Assembly: GCA_013265495.1 (NCBI GenBank)
Contig: MU058244.1
Coordinates: 126,001 to 186,000 of the forward strand
From: Vicugna vicugna
Lineage: Eukaryota
DNA length: 60,000 bases
Direction: 5' to 3'
Below are positions 11,656 to 23,610 of this stretch, one piece after another. Position 1 is the first letter of the stretch. The number at the start of each line of letters is the position of its first letter. Position numbers and translations under genes: made by a program. Under the pieces are notes generated by a model. It saw nothing but the letters and a program-made list of their open reading frames with translations. It made no database searches and was not told the DNA's origin.

Positions 11656-14120
11656 AGTTTTGGGAGTGACAGTGTGGGGAGTTTGGCAAGACTTTTCCCC
11701 AGACAACGTCTATTAAACTGGTCAAAATTAGCAAAGACAATCATTCAGAGTTGCTGGAGACTGAGCAATGGGCTGACAGAAAATTGGGAGACGTTTATTC
11801 AACAAAGTCTGTGGAGCTTGGCAAGAACAGTGAGAGGCTGTGAGACTTGAGCTGCAGGTGGAAGCCAGCCCCATGGCTCTGTGCTGTAGGAGACTGCTCT
11901 GGGGGCTTGCAGCTGAGTGCAAGCACCCGTCGCTGCCAGCTCCCCTAGACGGAGGACCCATTCGGTGTGGACTCGCAGACAGTGAGTCCCAGCAGCGCCT
12001 GTCTCCCTCAGCGTCCTGGTGTGGAAGAGCTGTTCTGGGTGGGCCCCATCCTGCCTGGCTCTGTGTTGTCCGTGATTTCTACTGGGCGGTGTAGGCACCT
12101 GTTACTGCCCTGCCTTCCTCACAGCTCCGACTCTGCGGTGAGGGTCTGCGGGGTGCCTGGTGAAGAGTGCATTCCTCCACCCCCAGCTGCTGTTCCACAG
12201 CACAGAGCTTCTGCCCACGGGAGGGTCATCTCAAGCTTCAAAGACTGCCAATGACTTTTGCTTGCCAGCGGGCCTGACTTTGTTTGGATCAGATGAGGGA
12301 GCAATATACTCTCCAGAGCATTGCTGAGAACAATAGAGCAATCATCTGGCAACACACTGGTGTGATACCAGTAGAGACAGACAAGCCAGACATTTAATGG
12401 GGGGGCTCATGGAAAAGTACACTCAGAGAGAGCCTGGCGAGAACCGCATGATCCTTGGTGGTCTGTTAGACTGCATGTGAGCCAGATCTGCACCCTGGGG
12501 AGGGAAAGAAAGGGACCTGCCTCGGAGGGGGCCCAGGTGTGCTTAGCAGACAGAGACGTGGAAGCAACTACTACAAATATGTTCCAGGAAGAAAAGCAAA
12601 CCACGCTGGAAGACTTAAAGGAAGGCACGGTGGCAATGACTCATGAAATAGAGACCAGCAGAAAAGAGAGAGAAATTGTAGAAGAACCAAACGAAAATTC
12701 TGGATTGAAGGTATAGTAACCAAAACGAAAAATTCACTGCAGAGGCTCAACGTAGGCCTGAGCTGGCAAAAGAGAAACTCAATGAACTCGAAGATAGAGC
12801 AATGCAGGTTATGTAACCTGAATAAAAAAAAGAAAAAAGACTGAAGAAAATGAACAGAGCCAAGGACAAACGTGGGACCCAGCTGAGCAAACAATATATG
12901 CATAATGGGAGTCCTAGGAGCAGAGAAGAAAAGTATTTGAAGACATAATGGCTGAAAACGTCCCAGACTGGGAGGATGACAACAGTCTGCATTCAAGAAG
13001 GGCAAAAACAAAGAGCTCCACTGTCGGAGGCATCACGGGCAAGACGCCGAGCTCCTGACAGTGTAGGAGGAGAGGGGCTCGCCACGCACAAGACGACCCC
13101 CTAAAATAACGCTGATTCTCACCAGAGACAATGGCGGTCAGAAGGCGGTGGGACCATGTAGTCAACGTGCTGAAAGAGAAAAATCTGTCAACCAACAATC
13201 CTCTATCCAGCGCAATGGTTTGTCAAAAATGGAGGTGAAACGGAGATATTCCCAGGCAAGCACGCAGACAGAAGCCGCAAGTTCACGCCAAGCTGCCGCA
13301 TCTGTTCCTCAGGCCGAAGGGGCACGACACCTGACAGTAGTTCAGATCCACAGCAGAACACGGATCGTGCCAGTGGACGCAATCGCAAAAGACAGTGTGG
13401 CTACATGTAGATTCCCCTTTCTTCTCTTAACTGATGTAGAAACCAACTGCATAAAGCAACATCTATAAATTATACCGTCGGAGCTGTAACATGTAGATGT
13501 GCCATATGTTTGACAACGACGACACAAAGATGGGGGTGAAATAAAGCTGTATGACGCCAGAGGGTGGCCTGAATCCTCTGGGTGAAATGAAGGAACTGGA
13601 CATGGTAAGGAAAGGCCATGGTCATGGCACACGTAGTTGGGCAGAGGTGCACCGAGGACACACACCGGGGGAGGAGTGGAGTAAAATGCTTGTGTCTTAC
13701 TGGAAATAACTTGCATAAATATGAAGTATTTGTTGGTAAATCAAGTTGTATATTGTTAGCCCTAGTAGCCGCTGAAAAAAACTTTAAAAATATAGAAATA
13801 GTTTAAATAACTGAAGGAATAGAATTGACACACTAGAAAATGTCCACTAAATACCAATGATAAACAGGCACAAAATACTAGTGGGACATAGAGAAAACAG
13901 AAGGTAAAATGTCAGATGTGACTTCAACCTTATCAATAATAGCGTTAAATGTTGATGGATTATGCAATCCAATCAAATACAGAGACCGTCAGCCTGGATT
14001 TGAAAAAATAAGATCTCACTGTGCACTGTCTACAGGAGATGTACTTCAGACTGGAAGACACAAACAAGTTGAAAGCGGAAGGATGCACAGGGACATGCCA
14101 CGCCAGCAGCAGCCACGGGA
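11656..14120 (+). mobile_element. Old L1 with 5'UTR, degraded ORF1 and start of ORF2 endonuclease
   Basis: ORF 13909.. reads MSDVTSTLSIIALNVDGLCNPIK, compare the L1 ORF2 start ISIITLNVNGLNSPIKR. ORF1-like coiled-coil region at 12540-13330. Confidence 0.8.
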
Positions 14121-14199
14121 AGCTAGGGGTTTGTGGACTTCACGCCAAGTGGCACACAAAATAGGCTTTATTGGAAGCAAAGCCTGGGATGGTGTCTAT

Positions 14200-15610
14200 C
14201 CAGCCTTTGTGAATTCATGTGAAATTGCAAAGGACCTAGAAAAGCTCAGACAACTTCAAAAAAGAAGAAGAAAGTTGGGGGACTGACATCATATGACTTC
14301 AAGACTTACTATAAAGCTACAGTAATCACAAGGGTGTGATATTGGCATCAAGTTAGACACACAGATGAATGGGGCAGGGCAGGGTCCAGAAAATCTTTGT
14401 CTACAGCCATTTGTCTGTCTGTCTGTCTGTCTGTCTGTGTGTCTGTCTATCGCTCTATCTATCTAGCATCCACCCATCTATTAATGACCTGTCACGTATC
14501 TGTAACACTTTGATCTATACACTACAGCACATACAAAAATTAACTCACAGTAGAACACAGGCCTAAATGCAAAGACAGAAACCCTAGACCTTCTAAGGAA
14601 CACGTACAAGGAAAAGCTTTCTGGCCTTGAGTGAGGCAAAGGTTTTTTAGCTACGACAACAAAATCACAGTCCCTAAAAAGGAAAAGTTGATACACTGAC
14701 TTTTTCAAAAGTAAAAATCTTCTGCTCTTGAAAAGACACTGTCAAGATATTGCAAAGACACATTGAGCTGGGAGCAAAGCCCTTGACATCACACACCTGA
14801 TGAAGGACTTGCGTTCAGACCACACAAAGCCTCTCACGGAGCAGTAATGACGGTGCAAACAGCCCCAACGAGAGCAGGAGGCACATAGAACGAGGTATAC
14901 GGACAGCAGGTGAGCACATCAGAAGACGCTCCATGTCATCAGCTGCTGGGGACAGAAGTGAAGTCCACGTGGGATTCACGGCATGCTCGTTAGGACAGTT
15001 GAGTTGGAAAAGACCGACCACGCCAGGTGCTGGCGAGGACGGGGAGAAGCTGGACCTCTCATACATCATAAATATTTTAAAAAGTACTTTGTGAAACAGC
15101 CTGGAAGTTTTTTTAAAATCAACTTAAACATGCATCTGCCGTATGATCCAGCTATCCTGCACCTGGGGATGCGCCCAAGGGAGGTGAGAACACACGCTCA
15201 CGCGAAGACGTGTACTCAGATGCTCACAGCACCTTTGTGTAACGGTCTAGAGTTGCAGGCAGCCCACGTACCTATCAATGGCTGAACAGACATACACGTT
15301 CCAACATGTTCGTGCCATGGACTAGAGCGCAGCAATGGGAAGGAAAGATAACACACCACACGGATGCCGCTCCGAGTAATTAGGGTGGAAGGAGCCAGAT
15401 GGAAAGGATCGTACGTCACACAATTCCGTGTGCACAGACTCCAGGAAGTGCGGCCTAGTGCAACGTGGGGGGACGGGCGAGCTCATTATTTTATCGTGGT
15501 GATGCTTTTCACAGGTGTGCTTATGCACAAATTGCACACACACGTCACTTATCAGTTTTACACTTTACATACGTGCAGCATATTGCATGATAACAGTAAC
15601 TCAATTACAG
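14200..15610 (+). mobile_element. Old L1 ORF2 C-terminal half plus 3'UTR (L1MC/ME-like)
   Basis: gacttcaagacttactataaagctacagtaatca; ORF 14983 contains HLPYDPAILHLG; ends with a 3'UTR-like ctttacatacgtgcag...aactcaat. Confidence 0.85.
14411..14480 (+). repeat. (TCTG)n/(TCTA)n simple repeat inside L1
   Basis: Directly visible. Confidence 0.85.
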
Positions 15611-15686
15611 TTGTTTTCTGTGGACAGTCAGTGCTTAAAACTCATTGCCTCCTAATGATTTTACTACCTTTTGCTATTATGTACGA

Positions 15687-15897
15687 CACGGGTTGGCAGA
15701 AACTGTTCAGGGCAGGTAGTGAACATTTAGGCTTTCGGGCTGGGTGGTCTGTAAGAATCATTCTCCTCTGAAATCATGGGGGAAACAGCTGTCAGCAACG
15801 CTCACGTGGATGACATGGCAGTGTCCCCGTAAAAATGCACTTCACAAAATAGGTGTAAGTTGGATTTGAACTCAGGCCGCAGTTTGCAAACCCCCTT
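15687..15897. mobile_element. MER58A-like hAT-Charlie MITE
   Basis: Termini cacgggttggca...gccgcagtttgcaaacccc, internal atttaggcttt, length about 210 bp. Confidence 0.7.
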
Positions 15898-18733
15898 CTG
15901 TGTTCTGGAGGACCCTGGGTGGGGTGGGGGGCTACTGGCATCTCCCCCCAGTGCTGACCTCAGAGCTGCTCACAGCTGGACCTCAGCCCTGCTGGGCGCT
16001 GGGAGCGCCTACACTGTGGAGTCCAGACATCGCGACACGGTCCTGCCTGGGCGTCTGGGAGGAGGCTCTGTGATGTGTGGGCAGGCCTGGCCGTCCAGAG
16101 TGGCCCCAGGTCAAGTGCTGATGAGGAACAAGGGGCTAAGCCTGGGCCAGGGCCTTGCTGGGCTGTGTGGGGACCTCCAGCCCGAGGCCCTGGCCCCACA
16201 GCACCTGTGGTTTCAGCCTTACTCTCTCTCCCTTGGGCATGTGTCCCTGGATCACCATGTGACATCCTGTGCTCGTGCCCTGCCCTAGCCCACGAAGCCA
16301 CCTGGAAGGCCGAGAGACTTGGGAGCAGGACCTGGGCCTAGGTCCTGCCTCCTCCTCTTGCCGACACGCGGCCCTGAGCAGAAGCCAGCGGTGTGGACAG
16401 TGAGCTCTGAGACCTGAAACGACGGGGGGGAGGAGGGGCCCCACCAGCCCGCCAGCCACCGCGGAGGTTAGTGCCGAGGTCAGGACACTGTGACCGGGGC
16501 GCCAGACTCTCGGGCTCTTCATGGGCACGTGCTCACGAATGCCCTTCCCCGCCCAAGTGGGCTTACCCACCCCCACCCCCCAGAAAGAAGGCGGAGTGCT
16601 GGGGGCCCCCCTGGACACCAAGTCAAGGGGGCCAGGCTGCAGAACGTGCTGGGAAGGGAAGGCAGTGCCAGAGGCAAACAGGTGGTGAGGGAGGCCCGCC
16701 CTCCTTGCTGTCACCCTAGCTCTCCCTCCAGGGGACGGGGCCCCTCCAGATGCACGGCCACCTCCCTGCCTGGCACTGGGAGAGCACTGGGCTTTGCAGG
16801 AAGACGTGGCCCGACAGGTGAGTCAGAGCCCTGGCAGGGCTGCCTGCTCTGCGGGGAGGCCAGGGCCCCTGCCAGGTGCAGCCCTGCGGTGGCACTGGGC
16901 CCTGGGGGCGCAGCCCATGAGGGTGCGGAGCGCGGGGAGGGCCACACAGCCCTCCATCCGGGCCCCTGGCGGGGGATGTGCACATTCCACAGCGGTGAGC
17001 ACGCACCTGGGCTTCCCGCAGGAGAATCTGTTCTTACTTGCGGTGGCAGCTGGAAGCCGCCTGAGGCTTTTGGTCCAGCCCTGAGCCACCCGCGGTCTGT
17101 GCCTTTCCAGCATCGGGAGCCCCCAGGACAGGCCACACTGTGAGGGACCAGACCTGGCTGTGAGGAGCCCCACATGCTCCCCTGGGAGCAGGAGCACGGG
17201 GAGGCCCGCTCTGGCCAGCTGCTCCCCGGCGCCCACAGCTCTGCGTGCCCACGCTGACCCCCTCTGCCTCGGGCAGGCTCTCCCTGCTGCCTGACGCCCC
17301 TCTGCACCCCCTTGCTCTGTGACTTGCGGTGGCCCCTCACTGTCCACAGATAAAAGGCACCTCCCGGAGCTGGCCCCAGGCTGACCGCCCACCACTGCCC
17401 TCGGCCCTCCTGAACTCCAGGCCCTGAGCTGCTGGCAGGTTCCTGCATACTCTCTTGCCTCCACATGGTCCCCTCCTCCAGGAAGCCCTCCATGCCCCTC
17501 CATGGAAGGTGTCCTAGCTCTCTCTCTGAGGCCCCTCGAGGCCCCCAGCCCTCTCTCCCTCACAGGACAGATGTCTCACTGCTAGTCCTGGTTCACAGCT
17601 GGCCCTAGCCCAGGGTGGGGTGTTGGCCTCAGCCCCCAGAGGAGCAGTCTGGCCTCCACAGCCTTCTCCATGCCAGCTGGGACAGGGACTCAGACCTTGG
17701 CTTTGCCACAGGAGTCTATCTTTAACTCCTGGACAGCCAATTCCTCTCTATTTTGAGAGAAAAAAATTCCACTCTGATGTCTGGTTCAAAAAGTCCTTGC
17801 CCAATTCCCTAGAGAAACCGCTGGCCTTTGCTGTGATCCTGAGGAGGGGGAAGAGGGGGAGGCGGGGGAGGGGAAGATGGGGGAGGCGGAGGGAGGGAAT
17901 GGGGGCTGAGGGGAGGGGGACCCCAGCCAGAACCTGAGCAGCTGTGCAGAGGTGCCATCTCAGAGGGCCCGCTGCCTGGCTGACGCTGAGGGGTGAGGAC
18001 CCCCAACCCCGACTGGACCACCTCTCTGGCCTGGCCTCCTCTCCCTCCCCCCTTTCCGGCCACACCAACGTCCACGTTCATACCTTGCTTTTCACTGTTG
18101 TCGCTGTTCATATAAATAGAACTACAAGCTGTGTCCTTGTGTCCGGCTCCTGTCACTTGCCGTGGTCGCCTATCATCACTCCTGTGCAGGCTCTGCCACA
18201 TTCATTCAACCCCCTGTGGTCCCGCACACACGCCCTGGATCCGTGTCTGGTGCACATGCACACACAGCCTTCCTGGGCTGGTCACCCTGGGAAAAGAGAG
18301 GAGGCAAGGGCCATGTGGGGCCCGTGGAGCACCTGCCCAGCAGGACCCGTGGCTGATCCCAGCCCCTGGGTGGGGAGGTGTGGCAAGTGAGCTGTCACCC
18401 TCTGGGTGACTTGGATTCGAAGCCCCCATCCTGCAGCCGTGGGTCGTGAGAGGGAGCCCCGGCAAGGAGAGTCTCTGTCAGTTTCCGATGCCTCCTTCGT
18501 CTCTGTCTGCTCCTTGCCCGAGATGGGGGTGTGGGCGGGAGGCACTGTGGAGGGAGGCTGGGGTCCCCCTCCAGGTTGAGAGGGGAGGAGGGTCTCTGGA
18601 AAGGCTGGGCTGCAGTGACTCCCTCGGCTTCCAGACCTGAGGCTTTCTGAGCACCTGTGCTGGGCTCCGAGCTGGGGGCGTGACCCCGTGATTTCTGGGC
18701 CCTTGTGTCCAGGCCAAGATGGGCCCCATTCAG

Positions 18734-19300
18734 AGAGGTCCATCTTCAAGAAGGGAAGTCCTCCTCCTAAAGGAGCTTCTCCTTCTGCTCCAGGATGAAG
18801 CAGTGGGGGCACGGGGGCCGGGGTCCAGAGGCACGCGGGAGAGGAAACTGGAGTCCCTCCTCGTAGGGAGCCAGTCTCTTCTCAGTGACGACTACGTGTC
18901 ACCAAGAGATGGTGGTCGTGCTGCTTAAAGGTAGTCACGCAAGCTCCCGAGATACCAAGGAGGGCGCTCCTCCACCTGGAGACTAGGCATGCTGTGATCG
19001 TGGCCGTTCGGCTTCTCGGGACGGCCCTCCCGCTAGAGGATACGGTGGTCGTGATGGCACCGGCGGGGGCCGGGGAGGGGATAATTCTGAATAAGCAAGT
19101 GGAGGCGCTTACTGAGACCCACGTGAGAGCTGTGGTGGTTCCCGTGGTGCGCCACCAGCAAGAGGCCCCTCGGGCTCGCGGTGGAGCTAGTACACGAGGT
19201 GGACAGGGAGGAGGTCGCGAAAGTTGCTCAGTCAGCCATCGTGAGCGTGGTGCAGACAAGTTTAATGTCTCTATTAAAGGTTTCAGAGTTAAAAAAAAAA
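18734..19300 (+). pseudogene. RBMY: 5'-truncated processed pseudogene of the RBMX/RBMY (hnRNP G) family, closest to RBMY
   Basis: Frameshift-corrected translation: RGPSSR/GSPPPKGASPSA...GVPPRREPVSS/DDYVSPRDGG.../KGSHASSRDTKEGAPPPGD*...PARGYGGRDG...ASGGAY*DPRESCGGSRGAPPARGP, co-linear with the RBMX/RBMY C-terminal low-complexity region and without introns. ATTAAA at 19273-19278, poly(A) at 19291-19300, 18-bp TSD aagatgggccccaYtcag at 18716-18733 and 19301-19318. Multiple stops and frameshifts. Confidence 0.85.
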
Positions 19301-20319
19301 AAGATGGGCCCCACTCAGGCCCCAATGGCCAGCCTCACCTGTGTCCTCGGAAGTCAGCAGTGGGTGCCTCCCTACCTCTTCCTCCTCCACCCCGGCCTCT
19401 CCTTCCCTGCCTCTTCCCCAGGCTCTGTATTAGGTAGACCCACTGGTCCCCTCCCGAGCTCTGCCCTCCCCTTCCCATCCTGGGCGGGAGGTGGGCGGTG
19501 GGAGGCGATAGGCCCCCAGGCTCCTCTTTTGCTGGAGCTGGCCGTCCCCGTGGTGTACTCTGAGCGGAGGCCGAGGGCCGTTTGCCACCCTGGGTCCTTC
19601 CAGCAGTCCTCAGGACTCAGGCCCAGACACCCACGGGAACGGAAGTTAGTGGCAGCAGAGGCCGTTTCGGGCCAGCGTGGGCTGGGGTGGAACAGGAGGC
19701 CTTCATTATCGTCCGTGCGAGATTCCGGCAGGCCCAGAAGAAACTCTGTAATGTCCTTTGCGTACCACCCACGAGTGGGCCGTCTAGCCACACTGCTTCA
19801 CGTCTGGTTAATTAAGAGACGGAGCAGCCCCTGAGGCAGTTTTACTGCGCTCCCCCTGCTCAGAAGTCACCTGCTGGGCTGGAGGACGGCCACAGCCCTT
19901 GGATGTGGCTTCCCAGCCTTGGGTTCCCACAAAGAGCCGGATGCCTGCCCGCCAGGAACACAGGCCATCCTGCTCCTGAGCAGCCCCCGACCCCGGCCCC
20001 AGGTCCTCGGGCCTCCGGGCCCTCCGTCCAGTCACAGCTACTGTGTCGGCCTGGGAGGCGCTCCGGGTGAGGCTTAGCCCCTGGTTGCAGCGTCGGGAGA
20101 GGAAACCAAGTGGAGAGAAGAGGAGGAGGTGGCCCAGCTCCCTGGGGCCCCGGACCGTGGCCCCACGGGAAATGGCAAGGCCAGGCTCCTCCTCGTGGGT
20201 GCAGAGCGGGGGGCTATGCACCCCAGAGCCTCCGCCTCCTCCTGAGACGTGTTCGTGTCAAGTGCCCTGGATGACACCTGCGCGCAGTGGGTGCTCAGAA
20301 TGACGGCTGCTGGTTTGTC

Positions 20320-20372
20320 TGCTCATTAATGATAAGTGATCAATAGAATTATAGATAATTAACAGCTTGAAC
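20320..20372. promoter_or_regulatory. AT-rich motif-dense island (candidate conserved noncoding element)
   Basis: TCATTAATGA palindrome, GATAAG, GATCAATA and AGATAATTAA within 50 bp. Confidence 0.35.
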
Positions 20373-20439
20373 GTTGGGGGTCGTCTCCACCCTTGAGAAC
20401 AATCCCGTCTCGGACTGAGAAGGAAACTCTCCCTTCCGA

Positions 20440-21900
20440 GCTGACCTCGGGTTTTGTCCTGAATGGGCGCTGGGGTTTATCGAGGGCGTCTTCTGCATCG
20501 ACTGACACGAGTACGTCATGCTTCTTTCTCAGCTGTGGCTCAGTGAATTACATTTCCAGACTCACGTGCTTGGAATGGAGGCCAATTGCCCTTGGTGGAT
20601 AATTCTTTTCATACGTTGTTGGATGCAGTTTGCCTTTATTTTGTGGAGGGATTTTGCGTCTCAGCTCACGGGAGACATTGTTCTGTGGCGGGTTTTGGTT
20701 GCTTTTTGCGCTGTCTTTGCCTGGTTTGTACCAGGGTAATGCCGGCCTCATGAACCTGGCTGTGAAGTGTCCCCTCCTGTTCTTCATTCTGGAAGACATT
20801 GTTTAAAGTGGGGGTTGCCCCTTCTTTGAATTTTTGGTAGACTTCTTCGGTGACACCATCGGATCCGGGAGATTCCTTCTGTGGAAGCGTCTGAACTACG
20901 GATTCAGTTTCTTCCGCAGTTTCAGGAACATTCAAACGACCTGTGTCATGGTCCTGAGTTTGGGTGGTGCGTGTTTTTCGAGGAATTGGCTCCTCTTCTC
21001 AGCAGCAGCACTTACGGACGGGGATTCATCCACGCTGCCGCCGTCGTCCTTCGGGTGGCGCGGTGATCCGGAGGGAGAGCCGGTCTTCTTCTCGGGACGG
21101 TGGCTGCGTCCTCCTTCTGCTTTTGTCGGCCCTGCTGAGGTTTAGACATTCTGCTGATTCTCAAAGAGCCGGCTTTACTGCCGCCGGATTTCTCTGCCGT
21201 CCTCTCACCAGCTCCACTGACTTCCGTTCTGTATCGCTCCCTTACTCCCACCAGCTCCACACTTATCTGTGCCTCTTTTTCCGGTTTCTTGAAGCAGAAG
21301 CTTCGACGGTGGACCTGAGAACCCCGCTGCTGTGAGCGTGTGCTGCTATGAATTTCCCTTTGAGCACTGCTTTATCTGCACCACAAACACAGGCGTTGTG
21401 TCTCCTTCTTCTTCAGTGTAGGACTGTATCTTTCACCAAATTTGAGATGTTTTCGATCATTGCTTGTTTGATTGCTCTTTCAGGCCATCTTGCTTTCTAG
21501 CAATCTGATGGGTCCTTTGCTGTTGCTCGCTGGTCCTCAAGGCTCTGCTCGTTTGCGCATTTCTTCAGCCTGTTTCCCTCTGTTGTGCATGCTGTCCTCA
21601 GCTCACTGACTGTGTCCTCTGCCACCTCTGCTCCACTACTGGCGCCTGACAGCAGTGCTTATGTCTGCAAGCGGACGTCTCAGTTCCGTAATTTCTGTTT
21701 GGTTCTTTTTTATGTTTTCTCCTTCTCTGCTGAGATATTGTGTTTTTCATTTGTTTCTAGAGGACACAGCCTCTGTTTTGGGTGGCATCTTTATGATGGC
21801 AACTTTAAAGTCCTCCCCAGGTGATCCCAGCGCCTCGTCCGTCTTGGTGCTGGTGTCAGAGGACTGGCTCCTCCCCTTCAAGCCGTGACTTCTGACTGAG
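20440..21900 (-). mobile_element. Ancient L1 fragments (ORF2, then ORF1-like), heavily GC-shifted
   Basis: Minus ORF 20666-20935 ESVVQTLPQKESPGSDGVTEEVYQKFKE...EQEGTLHSQVHEAGITL corresponds to L1 ORF2 ([22 protein letters not shown]...EGTLPNSFYEASITL). Confidence 0.85.
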
Positions 21901-22865
21901 TCCTGGACACTCTGGCTCCGCCCTCAAGAGGCTTGCAGCCCAGCGAGAGCTGCTGTCGCAGCCCCCGTCCAGGTCTGGCGGCTGGGTCCTGGCACACGCT
22001 GTGGGCTGGGCTTCGGTGATGTCAGAGCCCCTGTGGCGTTCCTGTGGCTTATCTGGTGCTGCCGGGGTACCCGTGGGTCTGGCTCGGGGGTGCAAGGGCC
22101 CCAAGGCCTCACCCAGGAGGAAGTCTCCAACCCTGTGATGGACCAGGTTTCGACATGGGGTTCCACTTCCTGGTGACATTCAGTATCTCTCGGTGGGGGG
22201 CAGGGTCTGGTCTGTGGGGACAGAGGGGCTCCACGTGGTGTGGCAGGACTCCTGACTTCAGGCGGGGGGTCCAGAAGCACTAGGCCTGGGTCCTCCTGTT
22301 CTGCGGTGACGGCGGGCAGGAGGGGTGTAAGGTTCTGTTTTTGGGAGCTGGTACCCTGCCCCTCTGAATGGCCTTCCTTTGGCTCAGGGAGCAGAATCAT
22401 TTGTCTGAGGGTCCGGGTGGGAGCTGGCCAGTGGGGCCAGGCGTTGGATTCCAGCCCTGCCTCCTGCCCTGCCTGCAGGCCTGAAGGGGCTCCAGTGAGG
22501 CAGCCCCTCCCTCCTGTGCGGTGCCCTCTCCCTCTCTGCCCTCCCCCAGCCAGTGCACACTCCCGGGCCGGCCCCCTCGCGGGCCGTGGTGGACAGCGCC
22601 CTGTGGGTCACTGTCTTCACCAGCCCGGGAGGCAGAGGTGCAGCTGAACCCCCCTCCCCAGCCCGTCCCCAGGCGAGAGCAGGGCTCCTGCGCTGCTGGT
22701 AGCTGGCTGTTTTCAGGGGAAGTTGCTTCCCTCTCAGGACCTCACGTCCACGCGGAGCTGTGGGCTTTGCGTGAGGTTGCTGGTGAGAGACCCTCCTTTG
22801 GTGTCTCTTGGTTCTCCTAGGGATTGGTCCCTGGAAACACACTCTGCCCCCTCACCCTCAACACC

Positions 22866-22950
22866 AGCTGTGTCCCTTAAAATTCCTGTGAAGTCCTAAC
22901 CCCTACACCTCCGAATTTGGCCTTATTTGGAAATAGGGTCCTGGCAGGGC
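22866..22950 (+). mobile_element. MLT1 LTR 5' fragment
   Basis: tgtgtcccttaaaattc...gaagtcctaacccc...ccttatttggaaatagggtc. Confidence 0.7.
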
Positions 22951-23424
22951 GACGTGGGGCAGCGACCTCTGTCAGTGGGGCCGGAGTCTGCCCAGCTCTT
23001 CCTTCCAAATGGACTTCTCCCTGTGGCTTCAGACCGGGGCTGCCCCTGCAGAGAACCTGGGGAGGGGACTGCACGTCCAGGGGCGCCTGGCGCGTCCCTC
23101 CTGGAGAAGAGGACACCCCCCCCGGGCCTGGGGATTCCTGGCCTCCTGCCCTGAGCACCGGCAGCCTGAGGGCCGGCCCTGGGGTTGGGGTGGCGTGGGG
23201 GACGCAGGCCCCCACTCATGGCCTGGGGGGGTCCTCCGTCCTGACGTAGGACTTGTGTAGGGGCCTTGTGAGACCCCAGATGCACACCAGTCTGCCTGCA
23301 CCCTCAGCCCTGGGCCGTCTCTCGCGGTTATCCTTGCAACGCAGGGAACCTGTCTGTCTTACTCAGCTGCATTCTCGTGGACTGTCTTGAATGGAAGGTC
23401 AGTGACAGTTCCTGGTGGTGATGA

Positions 23425-23610
23425 TGACGGTTTACTGTTGTCCAAGTCCCGGGCAGAGCGCTTTTCCCAGTGAACGTACGAGGTGAGGGCCCTTCCCTCC
23501 CCATTTCAGCGGAAAGAAGACTGAGGCCCAGAGGAGCTGAGCGACTTGCTCAAGCTCACCCAGCTACTGAGCAGGGAAGCTGGGATTCAGGCCAGGGTCT
23601 CTGACACCTT
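23425..23610. mobile_element. MIR SINE
   Basis: ccccattt...gaagactgaggcccagagg...cgacttgctcaagctcacccagct...gctgggattc MIR core. Confidence 0.8.

Noticed and set aside
10000..15610. Full-length active L1
   Set aside because: A composite of several degraded elements; most of ORF2 including the RT is missing and the ORFs are broken.
17841..17920. G-rich purine tract / G-quadruplex
   Set aside because: Such tracts are common throughout this GC-rich window; nothing singles this one out.
18994..19437. 147-aa ORF over the retrocopy as a functional retrogene
   Set aside because: Mostly out of frame with RBMY/RBMX. The RRM is missing and the homologous frame has several stops and frameshifts.
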